The notes beneath the pieces are model-generated. The model saw only the letters and a list, made by a program, of their open reading frames with translations, had not been told where the DNA came from and made no database searches. The translations under genes were made by a program, and so were the position numbers. A stretch of 32,000 nt of DNA from Acaryochloris thomasi RCC1774 (GTDB lineage: Bacteria > Cyanobacteriota > Cyanobacteriia > Thermosynechococcales > Thermosynechococcaceae), in contig NZ_PQWO01000001.1 of NCBI RefSeq assembly GCF_003231495.1, positions 180,001-212,000 on the forward strand, written 5' to 3'. The stretch's first letter is position 1. The number at the start of each line of letters is the position of its first letter. This document shows, piece by piece, positions 7,895 through 15,985 of this stretch.

Positions 7895-8265
7895 ATATCA
7901 CTCGCCGTCATTTAATGGGCTTGGGTGCAACCCGTTATCAAAGCGAGGTTGTTACTCAATCCTGTCCTGTGAAAGATAAAGCAGGCTCGGCTAATCTCTA
8001 CACCATCAGTGATGTCATTCAGGCCATCACCGTTTATCTGGAGCGATCTCGCATCCGTCAGGCCACTAAGAATAATCTGAGGAGAGTGTTATCTGAACTC
8101 CAGCCACTAGCTAGCACTGTTGTTGAAACACCGTTCGGTGCGCCAGAGACAGGATCTACAGCAATGGTTAAGCAGTTGCTGAAGTCATTTGATAATCCAA
8201 AGACAAGAAAACACAAGTTAAAAGCCATTTCTATCAAAGGCCAGGAGGTTGCCCGTGCCCGTTGA
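7891..8265 (+). CDS. Hypothetical protein (124 aa); second gene of the HNH operon
   Basis: GTG start at 7891 overlaps the upstream stop (GTGA). A perfect AGGAGG sits at 7881-7886. The C-terminus is basic. I recognised no family. Confidence 0.5.
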   Translation: MNITRRHLMGLGATRYQSEVVTQSCPVKDKAGSANLYTISDVIQAITVYLERSRIRQATKNNLRRVLSELQPLASTVVETPFGAPETGSTAMVKQLLKSFDNPKTRKHKLKAISIKGQEVARAR

Positions 8266-8836
8266 TATTCGACACTTGGTTAATAAGCTTGAGCAAAGTC
8301 GGCTTCTCTCGCATTTAAAATCCCATCGTACTGATGCTAAACGCATCAGCAAATACTATGCTCCTCGTCACGCGTTTAACCGCTGGCGTGACTCAACTGA
8401 AGGCCAGTTGTGGAAGGAGACACAGTTTCAAAAAACGAAAGGATTATGCTCTGGCTGTAAAAAGACTTATCGAAGCGTCAGCAACTTTGATATTGATCAC
8501 ATAAAGCCTTTGATTAAGTTTCCTGAGCTAGCGATAGACATTGATAATTTTCAACTGCTCTGCCCGACCTGTAACTCCAAGAAAGGTGACAGTACCTTAT
8601 CAAATGAAGAAACGATTCTCTATTATCGACAAAACCCCTTGAATCTGAAGCAGATAGCAGCAAGGCTAGGAGTTGGCATCCAATGCATTCAAGGCAAGTT
8701 GAATGCATCAGAGATCTCCTTCGTTGATTGGAGTATGCAGAAAGACCCCATCGGAATTTCTTGGAATTCTGTATTTGAGGACGAAAACATTCATTTCTTT
8801 CCTGTTGCATGTTCCATCGCCGATGGCAGGCAGTAG
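8255..8836 (+). CDS. HNH endonuclease (CxxC...CxxC zinc-finger type)
   Basis: The nuclease core is CSGCKKTYRSVSNFDIDHIKPLIKFPELAIDIDNFQLLCPTCNSKKGD. There is no in-frame ATG upstream of the motif. GTG at 8255 lies 6 nt after a perfect AGGAGG (8243-8248). The track start TTG at 8249 abuts the SD, so it is less likely. The gene overlaps the upstream gene by 11 nt. Confidence 0.85.
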   Translation: MPVDIRHLVNKLEQSRLLSHLKSHRTDAKRISKYYAPRHAFNRWRDSTEGQLWKETQFQKTKGLCSGCKKTYRSVSNFDIDHIKPLIKFPELAIDIDNFQLLCPTCNSKKGDSTLSNEETILYYRQNPLNLKQIAARLGVGIQCIQGKLNASEISFVDWSMQKDPIGISWNSVFEDENIHFFPVACSIADGRQ

Positions 8837-8870
8837 ACTGGGTCGCTAGTTACAAATTCTCACTTCAGAT

Positions 8871-8898
8871 TTTGAGAATTGCGATCGCAATTCTCAAA
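8871..8898. repeat. 28-bp perfect palindrome centred on a HIP1 site (TTTGAGAATT-GCGATCGC-AATTCTCAAA)
   Basis: Read directly, the sequence equals its own reverse complement. It extends to 8868-8900 with one bulged T. It sits between the convergent HNH gene (end 8836) and the amber-interrupted gene (end 9219), so it may act as a bidirectional terminator. Confidence 0.9.
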
Positions 8899-9218
8899 TC
8901 TTTACCCACGCCCTGCGCCAAACCATCTTGCTCACAATCCAAGTGCACCTTCCCAAATGCTAGACCTGCAGGCAACTGCGTTTAATAGATGCCCTTGACA
9001 ACACCTCGCTTGTGCAGGCAAACGTCATTTTGCACCCCAATTAGATGATAAATGACTGATACATCAGCAACAATCTCAGAATAATTAGAGACTTGGCCTA
9101 GCAAGCGACAGATGGCAGCAATTCCTCCTCAAGCAGGCTTAAAGACTTCTGTTGGTCAGTATTCAATCAGAATCAATGTTGGTCCGCATCGGCGAACTTC
9201 GTTAATGTTGCTACGATT

Positions 9219-9578
9219 TCAATCGCTAGGTGATGCAGAGCGCTCTTTAAACTGAGCATAAAATTCTTTGGGCGCTTCATCAAAATATTTCAGCAAGTTA
9301 GGGCAAAGCTATCCATCTTTATCTAAAGCTGAGATATGGTGCCAGTTGCCTCCGTACTCCTCTCGCCGCCGGTCAAACTTGGCTTGGAACCCCGGAAATG
9401 GGCCAGCGGAAAACAACAGGCTAAATCCAGTTTCCGCATGGGGCAGGTCCACCACCATCTGGTCAATAATCGTGTCGACACCAGCAACAAACGGTTCTTG
9501 CACCAGGCCTACTTTCTGATCATCAAAAACCCACATTTCCTCATACTTGTAGGGATGGATGACCATTATTGCGCTCAT
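9219..9578 (-). pseudogene. Small conserved-looking protein interrupted by an in-frame TAG (89 codons, TAG, then 29 codons)
   Basis: Track ORF 9309-9578 reads MSAIMVIHPYKYEEMWVFDDQKVGLVQEPFVAG...GGNWHHISALDKDG and ends at TAG (complement of 9309-9311). The same frame continues as LCPNLLKYFDEAPKEFYAQFKERSASPSD to TGA (9219-9221). TAG is one transition from TGG (Trp). A '...EGWLCPALFKYFDEAP' tail is what I recall for this widespread small-protein family, but I do not assert a family name. Confidence 0.6.
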
Positions 9579-9885
9579 ATCGGTGCTCTTTTGACAAACA
9601 AGGCAACGACTCTACGCTCTACCATCGCCCAAAACAGGAACCTTTCACCCTACATATCGACGTTAAGGAGAAGTTAAGGTTATATTAATAGAGGAAAATC
9701 ATTTCCAAAAGAAAAATTCCAAGCGCCGAGCTTAATAAGCCTCTCTAAGACGCTATGTACCACTGGTGATAATCCGCATTAACAAACGATGCTCTTAACA
9801 AAAATATGCAATTCGCAGAAAAACAAGTAAGAAATATTTATCTAAAAAGAGCATCGCATGCTATGAAAAATCATGCTGAGTCATT

Positions 9886-11319
9886 ATGAGCTATATAGAT
9901 TCTGAAATAGATTTAAATGAGATACATTTCTCACCACTATCAACCGTAGATATCGGAAGAGTTTTTGAATTCAAAAATCGATTATTTCGAGCTATATCCT
10001 GCAAAGAATCAGAGTCCGTAGTTGAGATGTTCTCCTGCGGAATGATTGATGAGCTTGAAAGCAAAAAATTATTCCCAAAAAGTTGGATCACAAAATACAA
10101 GCTCGATGGATATGGTCTAATCATTGAACATGAAAGAATTCCCTCAAAGAACTTCCCTTATGAGTGGAGCTTTTCTATGTTCAAAGATGCAGCTATCGCT
10201 CTTTTAGAAGTCAATATAATAGCTAGCAAGTATGGATACCAGACAAAAGACTGTCACGCCTATAACGTTATGTTTGATGGCTGTCTTCCTATGTTTGTTG
10301 ATCTAGGAAGCTTCGTAAAGACATATAATTCACATTCAAAATGGAACTGCTATAACAAATTCCTTCAATATTATTACTACATATTAAAGATTTGGGGAAG
10401 GGGGAACTCATATCTAGCGCGTGCAATCGTGCAAAGTGACAACACCGATATATACTCTCCACCCCGAAGCAGTGAGCTATACGGCTTATACAGAAAAGAC
10501 AACTCTTTTCTGATTCTTGTCGATAAGTCAAAGCAGATAGTAAGTCGCCTCTACTTCAGGCTTTATAACCTGTTGATAAAGCGAGGATTTAGTCCATTTT
10601 TATTCAGCCTTACCAAAGAGAAATTTTATAGCTTCCCGAGTTTACTTAGAAAGCTTGAAAAGATACCTGCTCCATGGGTAAGCAGTATCAGCAATGATGA
10701 TGAATCCAGCCTTAAAGGCGACAGCAGCATTCAGTCCAGTCCAAACTTCAACAAGATTATTGATCTTGTCAATCATCTCAATATAGAAACCGTTACTAAT
10801 ATCGGATGGCATCAAGATGTCTTCTCGAAAATATTACTGCAGGGAACAAATGTTCAGAAGATAGTTTGCATTGATCATGATGTGAATGCAGTTGAGCAAC
10901 TATACCTGTCATCTAAAAATATCGAAGGTGTCAGAGAGAGAATTACTCCTGTTTCTCTGAATAGTATTTATCCTAACGTAAGCTGCTTTACCCATTCTGA
11001 GGAGCTACTGCCTTATTCTGAGGGCAGATTTAAATCAGATGTGGTAGTTGCATTAGACCTAACCAATCACTTGCTGATATTTGAGAAGTATTCGATAGAC
11101 TGGGTTTTTAATATGCTGTCAAGGTACAGTAAGAGATACGCTCTTATCGAATTTGTACCCTTCGATTTTTGCCTAGAGAAAGGCAAACCTTCTCCTCTTT
11201 CTTCACAATATACGTCGGACTGGTTTAGAGATGCGTTTAGTAAGTATTTCCGCATTATCTTAGAAGAGAAACTAGAGAATGACAGGATTATTTTTTGTGG
11301 TGAGTTACTGACAATTTAG
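9886..11319 (+). CDS. Methyltransferase-like protein (PrmA/NoeA-like family with PYEWSF N-domain) with a degenerate SAM-binding loop
   Basis: 477 aa. The N-domain reads FPYEWSFSMFKDAAIALLEVNIIASKYGYQTKDCHAYNVMFDGCLPMFVDLGSF, matching the pattern I recall for this family (PYEWsFsqLKDAAL...LKDAsAYNIqF..GkPvFIDtlSF). In the C-terminal Rossmann-like part, the expected DLGANTGxFS reads TNIGWHQDVFS. The gene is very AT-rich relative to the rest of the window. Confidence 0.75.
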   Translation: MSYIDSEIDLNEIHFSPLSTVDIGRVFEFKNRLFRAISCKESESVVEMFSCGMIDELESKKLFPKSWITKYKLDGYGLIIEHERIPSKNFPYEWSFSMFKDAAIALLEVNIIASKYGYQTKDCHAYNVMFDGCLPMFVDLGSFVKTYNSHSKWNCYNKFLQYYYYILKIWGRGNSYLARAIVQSDNTDIYSPPRSSELYGLYRKDNSFLILVDKSKQIVSRLYFRLYNLLIKRGFSPFLFSLTKEKFYSFPSLLRKLEKIPAPWVSSISNDDESSLKGDSSIQSSPNFNKIIDLVNHLNIETVTNIGWHQDVFSKILLQGTNVQKIVCIDHDVNAVEQLYLSSKNIEGVRERITPVSLNSIYPNVSCFTHSEELLPYSEGRFKSDVVVALDLTNHLLIFEKYSIDWVFNMLSRYSKRYALIEFVPFDFCLEKGKPSPLSSQYTSDWFRDAFSKYFRIILEEKLENDRIIFCGELLTI

Positions 11320-11332
11320 TCAAGATTAAGAT

Positions 11333-11357
11333 AAGCGTCAGGACTGCTCTGACGCTT
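11333..11357. terminator. 9-bp stem hairpin (AAGCGTCAG-7 nt-CTGACGCTT) between convergent genes
   Basis: aagcgtcag gactgct ctgacgctt was read directly. It lies 14 nt after the stop at 11319 and about 58 nt beyond the cyclase stop at 11415. Confidence 0.55.
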
Positions 11358-11414
11358 GCAATATAATGCTCAGCGACGTCAGTATTGTCGAAAGCTTCGC
11401 AAACTAGCTCCTCC

Positions 11415-12932
11415 TCATGGCTTGTTAGAGGGCAGTCTATGAGCTTTGACCTGAGTGACTTCCGCCAAGAGGTTGGTGGTCAAAGCATGAACTTGTGCGA
11501 CATCATAATGCGGCTGTTCTTCCTGTGACGAGGCGACCGAACGCTGAGATTTGCGACCAATCAGCAGGTAGGCGTTCATCATTCCCCATCCCTTGAGCTT
11601 AACGGGGCCTCGGCTCTTAAATCCATACTGGTTTTTAACGCGCGAGTAGGTTGATTCAGTGACGTGAACCTGGTTAATCACCCCGTGGGATTCCATACGA
11701 CTAGCAATATTGACGGCATCTCCCCAGAGGTCATAACTAAATTTATGCAGCCCAATCACACCCGCTACTACAGGCCCCGTATTGACGCCAATTCTGAGCT
11801 GGAAGGGTTGACCATCAGGACGGCGAAATTGAGCAATGGCGCGCTGCATTTCTAAGGCCATTTCGAGCACGCTTTCTGCATGATCAACGCGATTCATCGT
11901 GACGCCTCCGGCCACCATGTAGGCATCGCCAATCGTTTTGATCTTCTCTAAGCCGTACTGCTCTGCTAGAAAATCAAAGGTAGAGAAAATGGCGTTGAGC
12001 TGTTTGACAAGCTGTGCTGGCGTGACTTGAGTTGAAAGACTGGTGAAATCTACAATATCGGCAAAGAGAATCGTGGCCTCTTGGCAGCGAGATGCGATCG
12101 CACCTGGATCTTCCTTTAACTTATCCGCAATAGTAGCGGGCAGAATATTGAGCAGCAGGCGCTCTGACTTTTCTTTTTCACTGCGGAGATTGGATTCAGC
12201 CTGTTTGCGATCGCAAATCTCCATCCGCACCCGATGAAACATCTGATGGAACGCAACGGCCACATCCCCCAATTCATCCGACCGATCCAGGGACTTGTTT
12301 GCAAACGGAGGCACTTGATCTGCACCCACCTTCTCCCCCGCCAGTACAACATCATCCCGCAGTTCTACAATCGGCAGAATGAGCAGCCGTTCTAAAATCC
12401 AGATCATCAAGAGCGTCACACAGACAGACAGCAGCAGCACGACCCCCAGGGTACGGACCGCAAACAGCAGCATCGCCTGCCGCAGATGGGACGCATCATG
12501 CCGAATCACCAAGACGTACTGATCCTGGAACATGCGCTGCGGCCAGCTAATATCGTAGCGATTCCTTGCCCGCAGACGAATCACCTGATCACCCAACAGC
12601 TCGGCTGCCGCAATCTGAGGCGCATCACCAAAGGTATCAAGCGGCTTACCTTCCGGGCTAAACAGCGCACCACCTACAATTACCGAATCAGGCTTCAGGC
12701 GTTCCTGTGCCCGATCTAAAAGATCTGTAGAGGCCACATCGGTCATCACATCAACCTTGACCGTTGTTAAGACCTCAGAAGAAAGAGTCTCTAGCTGCTG
12801 CAGTAGTTCTTTTTCTCGATAAACGTAGGCAGGAACAAAGAGAAACCCTTCCGTCGCCACAATACAGAAAAAGATTGAAGAGACAATGCGACGAGACAGA
12901 CGCGAGTTCAGCAAGCCAAGCGACAACTTCAT
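11415..12932 (-). CDS. Membrane-bound class III adenylate cyclase with periplasmic sensor region and HAMP domain
   Basis: Two TM segments (IVSSIFFCIVATEGFLFVPAY and LLFAVRTLGVVLLLSVCVTLLMIWIL) flank a region of about 110 aa. The HAMP-like part reads LILPIVELRDDV...LGDVAVAFHQMFHRV. The cyclase core reads ATILFADIVDFTSL...KIKTIGDAYMVAGG...YDLWGDAVNIASRMES. The Lys (KTIGD) and Asp (YDLWG) pair favours ATP. I take the start at ATG 12932; the track's TTG at 12953 is an alternative. Confidence 0.9.
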   Translation of the reverse strand: MKLSLGLLNSRLSRRIVSSIFFCIVATEGFLFVPAYVYREKELLQQLETLSSEVLTTVKVDVMTDVASTDLLDRAQERLKPDSVIVGGALFSPEGKPLDTFGDAPQIAAAELLGDQVIRLRARNRYDISWPQRMFQDQYVLVIRHDASHLRQAMLLFAVRTLGVVLLLSVCVTLLMIWILERLLILPIVELRDDVVLAGEKVGADQVPPFANKSLDRSDELGDVAVAFHQMFHRVRMEICDRKQAESNLRSEKEKSERLLLNILPATIADKLKEDPGAIASRCQEATILFADIVDFTSLSTQVTPAQLVKQLNAIFSTFDFLAEQYGLEKIKTIGDAYMVAGGVTMNRVDHAESVLEMALEMQRAIAQFRRPDGQPFQLRIGVNTGPVVAGVIGLHKFSYDLWGDAVNIASRMESHGVINQVHVTESTYSRVKNQYGFKSRGPVKLKGWGMMNAYLLIGRKSQRSVASSQEEQPHYDVAQVHALTTNLLAEVTQVKAHRLPSNKP

Positions 12933-13148
12933 AGGGTTACAGAACCTGCTCAAGCAACTTTGAGGCGTTCGAGACTTAAGATCTAACGTTAATTATCACA
13001 GCCAGAGCGAACCGATGTTCCACCTCAAGAGACACAATTACCATAACGGATCGAGCGGCTTCACTACAGTGATACGGGTCACTGATACCAACTCTTTATA
13101 TGGATGACCTAAATTGGAAGGGTCTCTATTGAGAGAGTATAGTTCTGA

Positions 13149-13370
13149 TGGCCGGCGTACTGAAAATTGAGATTACCGAAAGCGAAGACACCCTCAAGTC
13201 GCTTCTTCATCAACAAGCATCAGCCCGTCACCAAGAACAGATTCATGCACTCTACTGGCTCAAAAGTCGTCAAGTCACAACACGCTATCAATAGACTCTC
13301 CAGGGAGACTATTACCGCGCTGGCGGGATATTCCTACATCTTGGATGCCTTAGCCATGCAGGTCATCTGA
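13149..13370 (+). pseudogene. Remnant of an IS630-family transposase N-terminus (HTH region), decayed
   Basis: The ATG at 13149 gives MAGVLKIEITESEDTLKSLLHQQASARHQEQIHALYWLKSRQVTTRYQ*. This resembles the N-terminus of cyanobacterial IS630-type transposases (M.G..KIEI.E....L..LL.Q......K.QALY.LK.G...). A shifted frame (track ORF 13167-13370) continues with an HTH-like ...INRLSRETITALAGY. No DDE domain and no IRs were found. Confidence 0.4.
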
Positions 13371-13831
13371 TAGGGGAATTGGTATAAGTTGTTCTTTCAG
13401 CGTCTCTGCTTCTTTGTTAGTGCGGTAAATCTCAACGGTTTGATCTTTGGGGTTAATCAGCCACTAGAGTCTCAGCCCACTGCCTAGATATTCGCGCATT
13501 TTTGCTTGAAGGGGCTTGAGTCTGTCACTTTGCGATCGCAGTTCAATCACAACATCAGGACAGATCAGCGGGAATTCTCTCATTGCTCAGCGGTCAAAGC
13601 ATCCCAGCGCTTACGTGTAATCCAGGCTGCATCAGGAGAGCGATCTCCTCCGTTCGGCAGCTTGAAAACTGTTGAGGAGCTGAATACTTCTCCCAACTCT
13701 GCCTGTTCGTTCCAGGCTGCCAGTTTGAAGATATAGCGAGCCTCTTTTCGACCGCTTTTACCACCCACGGGGGGCATAATAATCAGCTCTCCTTGGGGAC
13801 TGCATTCCATTGCCACGACTTTATTGATCAT
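13350..13831 (-). pseudogene. Uma2-family (DUF820) endonuclease pseudogene (frameshift plus in-frame TAG)
   Basis: Track ORF 13580-13831 reads ...QGELIIMPPVGGKSGRKEARYIFKLAAWNEQAELGEVFSSSTVFKLPNGGDRSPDAAWITRKRWDALTAEQ*. The family continuation REFPLICPDVVIELRSQSDRLKPLQAKMREYLGSGLRL*WLINPKDQTVEIYR... is present but shifted by one nucleotide near 13580. It also contains a TAG. Confidence 0.7.
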
Positions 13832-14061
13832 GCACAGCTTTAGGCCGCTGGAGAAACGAGGCGGATCTCGGAAGGCGAACTAACTGTGTATGTTGTATAT
13901 CTCTGTCAGCGGTGCGTTGGTTGTTTTATACGTTGTGATTGTTTTCTATGTTCACATCAATAGCTTCAAAGTAACATTGCTTAGGTCAGTTTAAGTATTC
14001 AGCCTTGGCGTTTTGATTACAACTTACAATAGTTGTAAAGCCCACTGTCGGAAGAACTGAT

Positions 14062-14712
14062 ATGGTGATCGCAGCACCGGAACCACGCGCTGAATTACGC
14101 CCTACTGGAGAACAGCGGGTTGTGCTGTGGGGCTTATCTTGGGAAGACTATTTACAGATTTTGAATACGCTGCCTCAGTCCCGTGGCTCTCGCTTGATCT
14201 ATGACGATGGAGTGCTAGAAATCACCGTGCCGCTAGAAGCACATGAGTTTTCGGGTCGCTTGATTGAGCGTTTCATCATAACGCTGGTTGAGTTGATGAG
14301 CCTGCAGATTAAGACAATGGGGTCAACCACAATGAACTATCCCCATTTAAAAAAGGGGGCAGAACCTGACAACGCTTACTATATTCAAAACCAACCGCTG
14401 GTAAAGGGACGCAAGGTTGATTTCAGACAGGATCCGCCGCCCGATCTGGTCGTTGAAGTTGACATTACCCATACAGATATTGCGAAGAATCAGTTCTATT
14501 CCAGCCTTGGCATTCCTGAGTTCTGGCGGTTCAATGGCAAGATATGGCGGATCTATCAGCTTCAGGAGGGGGTTTATGTAGAGGTTGAAGCGAGTCCTAC
14601 GTTCCCTCTGGTGCCAAAAGAGCGACTATACACTTTTCTGGAACAGGCGAAAGAGGATGAAATAGAGGCGGTGCGATCTCTGAGGGCTTGGTGGAGCACT
14701 GTTCAATCGTGA
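14062..14712 (+). CDS. Uma2-family (DUF820, PD-(D/E)xK-like) endonuclease, intact
   Basis: 216 aa. It reads ...SWEDYLQILNTLPQSRGSRLIYDDGVLEITVPLEAHE...GAEPDNAYYIQ...PPPDLVVEVDITHTD...YSSLGIPEFWRF.... This is the typical Uma2 layout, including the E-x-D/E-V-D catalytic-core pattern. Confidence 0.85.
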   Translation: MVIAAPEPRAELRPTGEQRVVLWGLSWEDYLQILNTLPQSRGSRLIYDDGVLEITVPLEAHEFSGRLIERFIITLVELMSLQIKTMGSTTMNYPHLKKGAEPDNAYYIQNQPLVKGRKVDFRQDPPPDLVVEVDITHTDIAKNQFYSSLGIPEFWRFNGKIWRIYQLQEGVYVEVEASPTFPLVPKERLYTFLEQAKEDEIEAVRSLRAWWSTVQS

Positions 14713-14726
14713 GGGGTAAGAACCTT

Positions 14727-15980
14727 CTACAAACCGCGATCTCGCTCCAAATCCGCAATGACGGTCTCAAAATACCACTCTTCAGATCGACCCGGATACT
14801 GATGTTTTGCCTGCCGAAGAAAGCGTTCTGCGATCGCCCACTGACCGCCCACCAAGGCCATTAGCTGCTTGCGAAGCTGTTCCTCTCGGGTTTCAGGGGT
14901 GACTGACTTAGAGGTTTGAACTTGCTGTAGCGTTGCCAACGCCTGTTTGTGACCCACCCAATCTTCTTGATCGACGTATAAACTGATGGCGCGCTGTAGA
15001 TCTGCGATCGCAGATAGTTTCTCCCCCGCATCCAAGTAGGCCAGACCACGTTGATAAAAGGCGGCGGCATGGTCGGGCTTAAGCTGGAGCGCCTCGGCAT
15101 AGTCTTCCACCGCACCCATGACGTGCCCCATCTTGTGATAGGCCATCCCCCGAGCCACGTAGTTCTGGGCCTGCTGCGGATCGAGGTTGAGAGCGTGATT
15201 GAAGTCGGCCACGGCCCCTGGATAATCGTCTAGCTGCAGTCGGGCGTGACCGCGATTTCTGTACACAATTGCCTGCTGAAAGTGGAGCTGCAGAGCTTGG
15301 TTGAAGTCCGATAGCGCTTCTGAATATTTACCCTGCTTACATCGGACAATGCCGCGACAGCAGTAGGCTTTGCCATCTCGGGGGTCTGCGGTCAGAATCC
15401 AGTTGATGTCGGCGAGAGCCTGCTGAATATTACCCTGCTGGGCCTGCTCGACAAGCTGTTCAAAATAATCTTTCTCAGACCTGATGCCGCGCTTCGGGGC
15501 AACCTTTGACTCAGTCGGCTGGAGTGTTTCAACCGTCGCTAAACACTGCCGCGCCCCCTCAACATCGCGCCGATCGATAAACAGCTCCGCTGCCTTTCTA
15601 AAGGAGGTGACAGCAGCCTTCGTATTTCCCTGCTTGCGCTGAATGACGCCCCGGAGACGGTGGGCTGAGGCATGGTCTGCATCACATCGAATCGCTTCCT
15701 CAACGTCTGCTAGTGCTCCTGGCAGATTTTGTAAGGCTAAGCGGGTTAAGGCACGGCCATAGTAAGGTAGGACGGATTGACCATCCATGCCAATGGCTTG
15801 GGTATAGTCTGAGATGGCTTCGTGAAGCTGACCGAGATCGTAGTGAGCCAGTCCTCTTTGACTATAGATATTGGCGCGGTGGGGGTGATGCTCAATGGCT
15901 TTGCTGAAAGATGCGATCGCATCTCCATATCGCTGCTGTTGAGCTTGTTCTAAACCCCTTTGATAGAAATCATCGGTCAT
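14727..15980 (-). CDS. TPR-repeat protein with C-terminal '...W..E.VI.DLERDR' motif
   Basis: 417 aa with many 34-residue TPR units (for example AIASFSKAIEHHPHRANIYSQRGLAHYDLGQLHE and AVADFNHALNLDPQQAQNYVARGMAYHKMGH). Its start lies 5 nt after the stop of the upstream minus-strand gene, so they probably form an operon. Confidence 0.9.
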   Translation of the reverse strand: MTDDFYQRGLEQAQQQRYGDAIASFSKAIEHHPHRANIYSQRGLAHYDLGQLHEAISDYTQAIGMDGQSVLPYYGRALTRLALQNLPGALADVEEAIRCDADHASAHRLRGVIQRKQGNTKAAVTSFRKAAELFIDRRDVEGARQCLATVETLQPTESKVAPKRGIRSEKDYFEQLVEQAQQGNIQQALADINWILTADPRDGKAYCCRGIVRCKQGKYSEALSDFNQALQLHFQQAIVYRNRGHARLQLDDYPGAVADFNHALNLDPQQAQNYVARGMAYHKMGHVMGAVEDYAEALQLKPDHAAAFYQRGLAYLDAGEKLSAIADLQRAISLYVDQEDWVGHKQALATLQQVQTSKSVTPETREEQLRKQLMALVGGQWAIAERFLRQAKHQYPGRSEEWYFETVIADLERDRGL

Positions 15981-15985
15981 AGCTT

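Noticed and set aside
3498-8836. The methyltransferase (3498-4397) and HNH nuclease (8255-8836) as a restriction-modification pair
   Set aside because: They are about 4 kb apart, on opposite strands and in different compositional contexts. A glycosyltransferase, an IS element and two other genes lie between them.
9268-9677. Plus-strand ORFs of 83 and 113 aa
   Set aside because: They are antisense to the conserved-looking small gene at 9219-9578 and their composition is low-complexity.
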